The notes beneath the pieces are model-generated. The model was not told the origin of the DNA. It saw only the letters and a list, made by a program, of their open reading frames with translations, and searched no databases. The position numbers and the translations under genes were made by a program. A stretch of 64,000 bases of DNA, from contig MU004199.1 in the NCBI GenBank assembly GCA_010093605.1, forward strand, positions 682,001 through 746,000. The letters are read 5' to 3'. Source of the stretch: Lophium mytilinum. Its lineage: Eukaryota. Of the stretch, positions 39,085 to 51,000 are shown piece after piece (positions within the stretch are counted from its first letter, which is position 1; each line of letters opens with the position of its first letter).

Positions 39085-39914
39085 ATGGAAACCGTCCTGA
39101 TTATTGGAGCCACAGGCAATATTGGAACTGCCGCTGTGAAAGGTGCTTTGAATGCGGGTCTCCAGGTGCTAGCAGTCGTTCGAAATTCGGCTTCTGCCGA
39201 GAAACTGTTCCAGAATTTGGGAACGAAAGAGGGCATCAAGACAGTCGAAGCAGACATTTTATCCGACGATGGCGTACAATCTGTCGTTGATCAAGTCAAG
39301 GAGGGCAAACTCCCCACATTCCAACATGTCTACGCCACTGGTCAGTATCTTACCCATCAGCAAGAAAATGCCTATGGCTGAGCTGACTGGTTAATCTAGC
39401 TGGTGGAGCGTACGCGTTGACGGATCTAAGAAATATCACGACTGAAGAACTGCGCCATTTGATGAGAGTGAACTTTGAACCGAATTTTTGTAAGACTTCA
39501 AAGTGATAACATGGGAGGCCGGGAAGCTGACGTCTAGCAGTTGCATATCGCGCGACGATTCCCTATCTGCTCGAGCAGAACAGCGGTAACAGTTCTTGGA
39601 CGCTTTGCACCGGATCTCAAGGCGAAGAAGGAGTTCGTGCAGGGCCGGGCATGACGCAAGGTGCACTGTTCTCAATGGCGGTGGCCGCTTGTCGTGAGCT
39701 GCACGGAACAAACATCCGCTTCAATGAAGTCCTCCTTTGTCGTCGTGTTGAGGTCGACCAAGACGCGGAGAAGTCAGGTGCAATGAAGGCTTCGGATTTT
39801 GCCAAGAACTACGAAACGATCCTTGGCCAGCCAGATGTCAGAGGCAGCCGGATTCGCGTGGAGACCTACGATGATCTGATGAAATTGAGCTACGAACCGA
39901 AGTTGAACCTGTAA
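39085..39914 (+). CDS. Atypical SDR / NAD(P)-binding protein, 3 exons
   Basis: METVLIIGATGNIG, FQHVYAT, FAYRATIPYLLEQ, TNIRFNEV. Introns at about 39341-39399 and 39490-39540. Confidence 0.88.
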
Positions 39915-41108
39915 ATAGAAGTTCTCAGATCGCGATGAACTGTTTTGGGAGTTCCGCCACTTTTCAGCTGTCCAAATTATGTAGTGCTGGCCATTTCCAA
40001 GCCATATCTTCGGGCGGAGGCCGTGGCATTCGACTACCATTATGGTACAGCTCTCGATTCCTTCTATTCGCAATGGTCAACAATGCAGCAGCTCCACAAT
40101 CAGATAGGTGAAGCTTATGCGTTCATAGAGGGATGCCCTAATGGTGACGGTGGTGGGCGTCACGAGACGAGTGTCTAGACACGATGGATAACGTTGGGAA
40201 AGACATCAAGAAATGCTCAGGTGCACACGAGGAGGGTGAGAAAATCATAGGTAGTAGGTGCTCGCAGAAGGTTGGAATGGGTAGAGATCTAGGCTCTTGA
40301 GTAAAAATAGGCGTCCTTCGCGCGCTAGACTCGATAAGATTGGCGCGGACTCCTGTCCCTGTTTTACAAAGGCAACACCAAACTGCAGATCTCGACAAAA
40401 TCGTGGCGAAGACCAAGGACCACTTGAGCCAATACAACCCACGATGCCTCTATATAGAAAGCTCGAAATTTACCACTCTTTTCATCGCCCATCCTGACAC
40501 GAGACTCCGCAAGCTGATGATGACACAGCCCATCAGTGCATGTGTCTAAGCTTCCGGGTATCTCAGCTGGATCTTGTGCCCTTGCAAATAACTCGTTCGT
40601 TTGAGATGCAGAACCGCTGGACACGTTGACATGTGACGACGTAGCCAGAATTTGGCATGGTATAGGGCAATCTAATTTCCGTCCAGGATGTCTTCGGATT
40701 CTGGAAGCTTGATCCCACTGGTGTGTAGTGTCAACCACAACGCCTCGTTGGTAGGTAATTTTTGCAGATCCAAGGTACTGACATACGTGTACGAACGCAC
40801 AATGAGCGGTGGCAAGTCGGAGCGGCCGCCAGGGTCCTATTCATCGGTATGACAGACCTGCTCATCTCCAGCCCATGTTTTCCGTGTTCTGGTGACTGGG
40901 TGATAAGATGAACCAAGGATTTGTTCGTGGTTCTTCCGCGGAACCACAGGACCAAGCTCTTGCCCACTGAGAAGGAATCAAAATTTCAAATTCCTACTTG
41001 TCTTCAAATCTAAACGCACTCTTCTCTATCTCCTCATGCACCATGCCCTTCTAATTCAGGCTTTCTTCTAAGGATAACTTTCAGTAACTGCACACCCGGC
41101 ACTTCACA

Positions 41109-41814
41109 ATGGAATCTCAACGGAAACGTGTATTCGGCAATAGTTTGGGAATCAAGGTGGCGCCTAACCATCACGCTGTTCGTGTAGGAGGCCTTTTCTG
41201 GAGCCGTCGCGCTTTTGAGAAAGCATTGCTTGACCGAATATCCGAGCTCAACAGTACCCTCGACCGCGAATTCACGTTCGAAGACATCGGCGATATCTTT
41301 GTGTACGTGCAGTGTGCACATATTTTCCGCGCTTGTTGTCTACTCCGCCATATTTACTCACCAACGGAAAACTCTTGCAAATGCCCTGCGCCTAATTGCT
41401 GGTCCCATCTTTTCTGGCCGGGTAATACCGCAGGGCCATACAATAAGAGCGCTCTCATCAAGAACGTTAATCGTCGCACCAACGAAAAAGCACTGAAGAC
41501 CATCCTGTCAAAATTTGGTGACATCGAAGATTTCGAAGTTGATCGACAAAAGGTACATATTTTGAATTGCCGCAGTCAAGACAAAAGCTAATCAGATGCA
41601 GCGTTCCATTTTCGTCGATTTCAAGACTACTATTGGCTACAAAGCTGCCGTTGCCGCGAATCCTCACAAACTTGGTGAGCAACTTTTTCTCGTCGAAGAG
41701 CGTGGGCTCGCTACCAACCTTTCCATTCCTTTTATGGATCAGAACACGCCGGACGAGTTGTTTTTTAGGGCTATATGGCAGCGCGATCTGTGGAAGAGGA
41801 TTCAAAACACCTAA
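41109..41814 (+). CDS. Small protein with a partial RING-like motif fused to a G3BP/Nxt3-type RRM; intron about 41552-41601
   Basis: CAHIFRACCLLRHI...KCPAPNC followed by ALIKNVN...LKTILSKFGDIEDFEVDRQK/RSIFVDFKTTIGYKAAVAANPHKLGEQLFLVEER. Confidence 0.7.
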
Positions 41815-42690
41815 ATGCGGGTCAACAACACAATTCATCATACCCATCTGGCGTGCGACAGGCAGCTCTCGGAGCGAATGCAGGGCGCTGCAATCGCGAC
41901 GGCAACGACGGCATGACCACAATTACAAAGTTTCGCGATAGCCCTATAGCTTCAAGCTTGCATAAAAAAGCGATTGCTCCCTGTTCGGTATCTCCAGGGC
42001 GTGTTTAGCTTTCTTTCTTTTTATGTTTCAGCTTGTCGTCACTCTGGCAGTAATCAGTAACAAATCTTATTTTCCAAGATCATAACATTTTAGCGGTCCT
42101 GCTAGCATCCCTGACTACCGCTTATCTAATAAGATATTACTACTAATGCAGAAGAGTACTGAAAGTTAAGCTTTACGGAAAGGCACTTACAGCGAATGTT
42201 AACGATGCCTGCAATTATAAAGCCGATTTCGGATGTCAGATGCAATCACTGCATCTAAGGCAGGCTAACCTCAGACCGAGATACTAATAATCAGCCTAAA
42301 TTACTAGGGCCTTAAGTAATTGGTAGTGTGGTCGATATCATGATTGGCAGGTCCCGATTCCTATTCCGTCGGGAACCATCCGATGAACGCTAAGCACGTT
42401 CGGTACTATCCCTGTTCAACCTATTGGTCGACAACTATCCTTATCATTTGAAGCGACTTGCTCCGAAACAATTGTGGTAAATAAAGGCGACGGACATGAA
42501 GCTTGGTGTCGCATGGCAATCGGCATGATAGGGACTAGATCTTAAAACGCCGATGACGGACCAATATCTGAGCATATAGATATATGGTTATGATTCCCGA
42601 TGATCTGGTCCTCGGAACTGTCAGATCTCCGCTTTGGTCTTCTCGAAATCTGTATTTAGGACTAGGTCGTTTGAGTACTCAGTAAACACC

Positions 42691-44961
42691 ATGGAAGCAG
42701 TCGCGGTAGTGAAGCCACCACTGTCCCAGGGCGTTGCCTATGGCATCGTTCTTGGTATGTACGCCCAACATCCCAGCTACATTATCTTGCTGACTGCTTT
42801 CAAAAGGATTTGGTATCGTCTTCGCATTGTCCATGAATGCAATCACGTGGATATCTCGAAAATATCTACATGAGAGCGCGGTGAGTAAAGCAGTGTGACT
42901 GGCGTGGTGTTCTTCAACTGAGATATATAGGACGCAAACATGCAATTAACGGCTCGCAAAAGCGTCAAGTCTGGACTCGTGGCTTCTGCTGTTGTCTCTT
43001 CCTGTGCGCATATCCACATTCTCCTCATCTGAACTCTCACTAAATTCGCTAAGGGTGCTACGCTGCTACAATCCTCAATTCAGTCCGCTTAACCTATGTG
43101 TTCGGATTCCCCGGCCTATGGTGGTTCGTCAGCGGCGCCACTGTTCAGATTATTCTCTATGCCGTCATCGCTATCGAGTTGAAGCGTCGTGCCCCTCGAG
43201 CCAACACAATCCTCGAAGCCTTGCGGATCCGCTTCGGGACAGCTGCTCATATCATCTTCTTCGTATATGGAGTCTCAGTTCAGATCCTCATCACTGCAGC
43301 ACTCCTTTTGGGCGGATCAGCAGCTCTGAACGTCACGACCGGGGCCAATGTCATTGCGATGAACTATCTGATTCCTCTTGGTGTCGTAGCTTACACGTAC
43401 TTGGGCGGCTTGAAGGCGACCTTTCTGTCTGATTATATCCAGTGAGTACTGCTATCTCCGGTACTACTAGGTTTACTAAAGTTTCAAAGTACTGTGATCA
43501 TCTTTGTCATTCTTCTCATCACCATGTTCGCTGTGATGAGTCCAGCTGCCTCTGTGCCGATATTGGGCTCCCCTGGAGCACTTTGGGATCTACTCCAGCC
43601 AGCCGCTACCGCACATCCTGCTTATGGAACCAAAGGTGGAGAGTATCTCACCATGGAATCGGGACAGGGTCTCTTGCTCGCTGGTGTCATTCTGGTGTCG
43701 GGCTTCGGATCAGTCTTTGTAGACCCATCTGTACGTTATCTCCTATCTCTTCCAGACTTCAATTGACAGCTAGCAGTATGGTCAGAAGGCCATCGCGGGA
43801 GAGCCTTTCGCTGTCGTCCGGGGCTACTTCTATGGAGGCTTCGCTTGGTTCTCTATACCTTTAGGTCTTTGCGCAACGATGAGCTTCGTAGCGGTCGGCC
43901 TTCAAGACACTGACTACTGGCCAATTCAAGGTGGGATCACCGCCTATCAGATCAACAATGCCCTTATCCTCCCTCTCGCCGCACAAGCCGTAATGGGGAC
44001 AGGCGGCTCCGTCGCTGTCATCTTGATGGTCTTCATGGCCGTAACCTCATCCTTCAGCGCCGAGATCATCGCCCACGCCTCCATCGTAACCTTCGACATC
44101 TACCAGCCCTACATCAACCCCGCCGCCGACGATAAAAAGCTAAAACTAGTTTCCCACCTCGCCCTCACAGGCTTCGCCATCTTCTCTGCCTCATTCGCGA
44201 CCGCCCTCAACGCCTCCGGCGTCTCCATGGGCTGGATCCTCGAATTCGTCGGCGTCGTTCTCGGAGCTGCTGTGATACCCATCGCTCTAGCCATCACAAG
44301 CGCGCACGTCTCGCCTCTATACATGATCATCGCCGCGCCCGCAGGCACGATCTGCGGACTCGCAGCCTGGCTCGGAACGACAAAAGGCATGTACGGAGAA
44401 ATCAACGTCACCACTACCTTCGAGAACTGGAGCATGTTCGCCGGGTGCACCGTCAGCCTGGGCCTCCCACTGCTCATTTGGGCATGCATGTGGCCGTTCA
44501 TGCGCACACCGTACGACTGGGACAAGCTCTTCCTCATGCAAGCCCTACAGCCACGCGCAGGTGATGCCGTGTACACCTACGGCGAAGACTCAGATCTGGG
44601 AGCTGACTGGAACCCACAGGGTTTGCGACAGGCGAGCAATTGGGCGAAGATCGTGAGTGTAGTGCTGTGTCTGATCTTCTTGATCATCATTCCGTTTTCG
44701 TTATATGGAACGGGTTATGTGTTTTCTAGGAACTTCTTTACGGGGTGGACGGTGGTTGTGTTTATCTGGAGTTGGTGTGCGGCGCTGCTGATCTGGTGTA
44801 TGCCGGTTTGGCAGAGTCGGATGCAGTTAGTGGGGATCGTGAAGGGGCTGTTTGGGGCAATGCCTGGTCGTAAGAAGGCAAGTTCTGTTGAGGGACAGGA
44901 TGTTGTGGAGATTGAGCATAAGGGATTTGAGGCGGGCGAGAAGGGGAAGGTGGAGCATTGA
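42691..44961 (+). CDS. DUR3: Urea active transporter (sodium:solute symporter family)
   Basis: PPLSQGVAYGIVLG, ARKSVKSGLVASAVVSSW, SGATVQIILYAVIAIELKRRAPRANT, YTYLGGLKATFLSDY, FMAVTSSFSAE, YGTGYVFSRNFFTGW. Confidence 0.92.
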
Positions 44962-44983
44962 GAGTGGGCCTGGCTGGCGGTTA

Positions 44984-45361
44984 CAGTGACAAGCCATAAG
45001 TTTGGCCACACTGGTTCGCCACTGCTAGGGGCACCCCCAAGGGTCTAGAAGATCTATAGGCGAGGTTGAATTTCAAATAGTATAGATTAGACTGCCTCTT
45101 GACTAAGTAGCTTATTAGCAGCCACGCTACCCCCTACGGTGGCGTTGAGTGAGCAATATTAGAGCCTAGCAGTAGCAAATCTAGGTGTTACAGGGTTTCA
45201 AAGATCTAAGGGCGATGCCAAGTTTCAAGCAGTGCAGGTTAGATAGCCTCTTGACTGCGTACTTTCGTAGCAGCCAGGCTACCCTATACGGTGGTGTCGA
45301 GCGAGCAACATTAAAGCCAAGCAGTGATAGTTAAGTGTGCCAGACTTGTGACCTACTACTG
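44984..45361 (+). mobile_element. Tc1/mariner-type MITE, 378 bp, two internal ~151-bp units
   Basis: TA|cagtgacaagccataag ... cagacttgtgacctactactg|TA; internal duplication (gcctcttgac at 45094 and 45246). Confidence 0.8.
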
Positions 45362-47413
45362 TAGCTGGTTGATCTAGGGTTTTGGAGGATGGCCCTGATC
45401 TTATCCTATCCTCGTAGAATATACGTCTAGCTGATGTTTTACGATGCTTTCGAAGCACGCCAAAAGTGGCAAGAGTGTGCAGGTTTTCCAAACTAATAAT
45501 CAAACTCTCAGTTCGCGGTTTCCCGACGCTCGATTCGCATCCCATGGACTTCACATTTTCTATGCTGCTTTGGGGTCATCTAATAGCGCTCGATAGGTGG
45601 TGTCTTTCACTAGTTCTCATCACTTGATTCAAAGGCTTCGGGTTTTTACATCGCGATCTTATTCGGAGTCGTAATGTCTGAGGTGGTTTAGCAGGTCACC
45701 CAGGCCCCCAAAAGAATAGACCGAAGCTGCCGAATCATGCTGTTGCATCTCGCGTTATGTAGGTCTATGGACGTGTCCAAAATCTTACACCGTGGAAACA
45801 TCTAGCGTCATAGGGCTCGGTAGGGTGTCGTGGGTGTGGGTGTGTACACTCCCAACATTATCGTCGCGCATGGTCTGATTTGAGCGCTTCAAAATTTAAC
45901 ATCATGAACCCGATTGGATTCAATAAGCCTGGCGCTCCCGACGGTGGTATCTAAAGCCTAAATAGTAGAACTATCTAGCGTACGATTTTGACTCTGGCGT
46001 CTCTTACATTGATTGAGATTTTGTGCACTACACTGGAGGCCCTCCTACGGTGGAATATAAGCTCGAGGCAGCCATAATTCATAGCGCCTGGTTCCCGACG
46101 TGGCAATCATGACATTGCATCTAGCTTTTTTAGAGTAGGTTGGAGGACTTCTCACAGTGGCAAGAGTGTGTCAAAGTCTTGATATATGAGAGTAAAATTC
46201 AATACTGTCTACAAAAAGGTATCCATGTGCGCAAGAAATCTCACAAAAGTAACGACAAGACGTATCCAACTATTTCACGCAGCGTAACCTCCATACACCC
46301 ATCTTGCACGACATTTGGCGTACTCTGCACACCAAGTCCCCGCTGCCTGCGGGCTCTTTGACACCTAGGCCCCGTAACGTCGCTACTTCCTTTGAAACTT
46401 GCACCGGCCGTGTGGTCCTTCCGCCCTTGGTCGTATCGTCGTTCGTTCACAGCTCTGGATATTGCCAACATCACCAAATCGCGCCGCATGCCTATCAGGC
46501 GCAGCTGGAAGATGAACGGGCTTAGGATAAACCTATAGGGGTAGGATGCTATACTTTTGTAGCCGCGGACTTGTCGTGTGTAGACGCGGCAGCTGCCATT
46601 CTCCGCACTCGGTAGCCATGCTCTGTGAGTGAAAGCCCGTTGTGCTTTACAAGGCTCCACAGTACTAACACATGTGCGGTAGTAAGTACAGGGTATTTGC
46701 CTCGTTGCGAGTGAAACGCGGACCTATTCATACAGTTCCAACCAAGCAACAAACCCTCTGTCCCTCCACCAACCTCGCAAAGTGTCTGCAACAACCATCT
46801 CTGATTACAGTCCACACCACAGCAGGAGCGACATTCTGCTGACAAGCAACGTGAGATGATGTTGGCTGAGGGTAGGTCGGCGTATGGAAAAGCCGAAGCT
46901 TGCGTAGCACTTGGCATTCCCGAAACCATCCCGCGGAGGCAAGCTGACTCGCCGGATTCTGTGGGACAGCCAACGGATTATGTTTCTTCCATCCTAACTT
47001 CGAGTCTTCCCATCCCAACTCTACATCCAGCCTTCCTCTCATCAAACGCCATCTAGCAGCTAGCCCTAATCGACAGCACAATCCAAGTATCGCTTTTTGG
47101 CGCCGCGCTGCAGCTCTTCGCAAGCCCAGGCAGCTAGAACTGCCTCGAACGACTACTATTTTGACCAATACACTACACCCTAGCTAGGGTACTCCTGACG
47201 GCGCTATCCAGCGCGCAGGCACAACGCCCAAGCAGTCTTATGTCTATGCTGCTCATCATTACTAGCTAATATACACTATTACTGGTAGATATATACACCG
47301 GATCAGCACTATCAAGTACCTGAACGTAGTGATAAACACCTGAAAAAGTTAAAAAGTCACCATTTTAAACATTTAGAAAACGGCCTAAGGCACCTTTACA
47401 CGCCGTCTTTAAA

Positions 47414-47673
47414 AGGTAACAGAAGGCATAAATGTAGGTTTTATTAGTTATACTGGCATATTTACAAGGCAACAGAAGGCACAACTGTAGGATTTGTTAG
47501 TTATGCTGTCATTATCACGAGGTAGTGCAAAGCACAAATGTATGTTTTATCAGTTATACTAACATTATCACGAAGTAACACAAGTTACAAATGCGGGATT
47601 TATCAGTTATACTAATATCATCACGAGGTAACACAAGTTACAAATGCGGGAATAATCAATTATACTGGCATTA
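47414..47673. repeat. AT-rich minisatellite, 53-bp period, about 5 copies
   Basis: Unit starts at 47414, 47467, 47520, 47573 and 47626; consensus close to aggtaacacaagttacaaatgtaggttttatcagttatactaacattatcacg. Confidence 0.92.
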
Positions 47674-47702
47674 GTGTGCTATACTACTAAGGACTCTGTG
47701 TA

Positions 47703-47929
47703 CAGTGACAAGCCACAAGTCTAGGCACACTAGCTCGACACCGCATGGGGTTCCCCCACAGGATTTCGAAGATCCAAGGGTGATGTCGAGGTTCAATCAG
47801 TGCAGATTGGACTGCCTCTTGACTAATAGGCTGCTCAATAGCCAGGGTACCCCCGACAGTGGTGTCGAGTGAGCAAGTTAGAGCCAAGGTGTAATGAGTA
47901 TATGTGCCCAGACTTGTGGCTTAGTACTG
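47703..47929 (+). mobile_element. Tc1/mariner-type MITE, 227 bp, one internal unit
   Basis: TA|cagtgacaagccacaagtctaggcacac ... atgtgcccagacttgtggcttagtactg|TA. The 28-bp TIRs match at 23/28, with a perfect 13-bp core aagccacaagtct. Confidence 0.88.
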
Positions 47930-48086
47930 TAGTTCCGAGTATGCAAAGAAGGAGAAGAAAGGAAGGTGAATTTAAACCATTTTCCGTTAGCGTCAGAAAA
48001 GGCTTGGCATCAGTCCACAACAAGAGCGCGCACGCACTCGCGCTCCTCTTCTCTCCTTACAAGCTTTTTCATTTCGGCGTGAGACT

Positions 48087-51000
48087 ATGGAGGGCCTTGA
48101 GTCGACATACACAGAGTGCCGGGACTTCGACAAGGAGGCCTTCGAGGGCGACATGCTGGAGCAGGTCATGGCGATGGATAGCCAGTGGTACCCAGCTGGT
48201 GACGATGCGCGATTCTTCGGGCTTCATGGCTCCGACTACCCTCAAGATTTCAAGCAATTCTCCAATCGTACAACACTTGCAGTTGTTGTCACGGATGATA
48301 ACGAAATATGGGGCACGCTTGACCGGACAGCGAGTGGGAATAGCAACGCGTTCGTCACGGTCTGTCCAGAGCTGCACAGCCAGTGTCCCGGGCTCTTGTT
48401 TCAAATCTCAGACGACCCCGATCAGAAGTACTTCAATCAGACGTTTAAGTTCCAAGGCAGCGCCATAGCTGTGGAAGAGAAAGGGCCAGCTTACACCTTT
48501 GGGTCACCACTCTTCGACGATTCGAAGGCAACAGGCCACGACAAGGACACCTGGCTCAAGTATATCCAGGAGCAGGTGCCGGCGACCCGCCCCGAGCTTC
48601 TGACACTGGCTAAAAACGGTCATCTTGAGATGTACCAACTCAAAAGGTCACACGCAATGCCAGTCTCCCGGGACACGGCGCGGCATATGGAGGATATTCA
48701 AAAGCGTATCGAGAAGGAAGAGGCCCTCTCCGAAAAGGATAAGTGCATGCTGGCCTTCGCTAATTCTGGCACTTACACCATCTTCGTCAAAGGGAGGTTC
48801 AAGTTCAACACCGCCGAGCAAACCAAGCAGAACAACGAGCGCTGGATGGAGTTCAACATGTGGTTCCAAGCCATGATGAGCTACGCGGCAATGCACGGCA
48901 ACCTTTGGTTCTATCGGCACCAAGCGCTGGACTTCGTGGACCCGCTCCACGAGGCGTTTCCCATAGAGTCGATGCGCGTGCCTCGCTGGATGGTCACCGA
49001 ATGGACGTTCGAGCGACGGATTACGGTTGACGGGGAGGGCAAGAAAAGACACGAGGGCAAGTGGCAGAACCCTGAGCCCAAGACTTGGGCCCAATTCAAG
49101 AACATCTGGCTGGATATGGAATCAAGCCTGTTCCTCCACAGACTGGCGCTAGTTCGAGAACAACGTTTCCAATCCAAGGAAATAGCGGCGCTGCTGCAGT
49201 CCGGGCCAAACTGTATCCTCACAGCTAAATTTTGCCCAAGCAAGTGGCCGAAGGTTGGCGCAAATTGCACCTACTTTGTATCCGTCATCGGCCAGAACAT
49301 GCAACACTTCGTCGATGGTCTGGTTCCTATGCCAACCGCGGGCATGGCGATCGAAGTCAGCCTCATCTCCGAGGTTGACGACAGCAAATCGGTTCGCTAC
49401 AAAGGCCGGGTGGTCGAAGATCCTTCCGCCGCAGAGGGGGTCCTCTATACCTGTGCCATGGAGGGTCCGGAGGACGACAGTATTGACCCCACGAAGGAGC
49501 GCAACATACGACTTGTGGTTTTCGACTACACGTTGGCCAATCAACGCAAGCTCACGGCCCTCAGCGAGTGTGCAAAACAGCGCCCTACTATCGCGGGAAA
49601 CATCGGGGTCAATACCCTGGGGGTCCTCTTCGACGCTAACGTGCCGGACCCAAGCGCTGCCGACCTGGTAGCGGAGCTGAACACGAAGGGTGCACGCGCC
49701 GTCGCCAATGCCATCGCCGACGATGCCCACCTCAACAAGACGCAGGCGATGGCCTTGCGAGCTATGATCGAGTCGCTCAACCCTATTGTTCTCACACAAG
49801 GACCACCTGGTACAGGCAAGACCATGTTGATTAGAGCTATAATCAAGATGTTCGCCACTCTAGGTTACAAAGTACTCGTCACCAGTGGACAGAAAGAGGC
49901 AGTGAATAATTGCGCTAATGTCGCCAAAAGAGATTCTAAGCGCGATCGCGAGTTCGTCCACTTCACGGGTGCGTCGTCGACCCTGAGGGGAGCACAAATG
50001 TTGAAGATGCGCCATGAAGCCAATACTGCCTCTTTTGACATCAACATTAACCAGGGACTGACCGACCCGAGTGTCGAGGACGACCCAGAAACTATAATAT
50101 GGGAGCTTCAGCACAGTGCCGACAAATCGAAGCGACCCCAGTATAGGGAGGATGCATTCGGTGCCAGGTTGAGGGGGTATATGGAGGAATGGAGCCAAAA
50201 GATCGACGGGAGGACGCCGCATGCCATGCAAAAGGAGGCCAGCGACTACTTTGCCTACGAGGCTAGCTTGCAATCCCTGCTTCAAGCCACCAACCTTACT
50301 CAGGAGGACCGCAAGGAAATCAAGCACACTCGCCAGTGGATGGAGAAACTTGAGCGCGATCTTGGCAGGCACTTCCTAGCGAACCACGTCGCAGCAGTCT
50401 TCTGCACATCAAGCATGTCCTGCCACCCGCGTCTATACGAAGCGTTCAAGCCCGATATATTGCTGGTCGACGAGGCAGCTCTTACATCCCTGTCCGACAT
50501 CGCCACATCGATGATCGCGTTCGAGCAGACTCTCAAGCGAGTCAGCTTGCTAGGAGATCATGTCCAACGGAAGGCCGTGGTTGGCGGAAGAGGATGTAAC
50601 GAGGGCTTCGCGCTCCTGGAATCGTCCATATTCGACAGGCTCATACGCCCTGGTTCCGGATACGAAGTCACGATGCTTAACTTACAGTATCGGATGCATC
50701 AAGATATCTGCGCCTGGCTTAGCAAAGAATTCTATAACGGGCTCCTCCAGACCCACTTCCAGACCGTCAATAATCTTGAGCCGGAGCTTCAGGTCACTCT
50801 GCGGGCGTTCTGGCGGGCTCGGCTTGGAGAAAAATGGATCGGAAAGATGCGGATTGCGATCGATGTCACCGACGTTCCTATGATCAAGTCGATGACATAT
50901 AAGCAGACAACATCGCAGTACAATATCTGGGAGAGCGACATGGTCCTCGAAATTATCGACGCTATGCTATATTTCGACCCACCGGTTGCCAAAGAAGGTG

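Noticed and set aside
39945..40970. Possible pseudogene fragments
   Set aside because: No recognisable family and no coherent frame.
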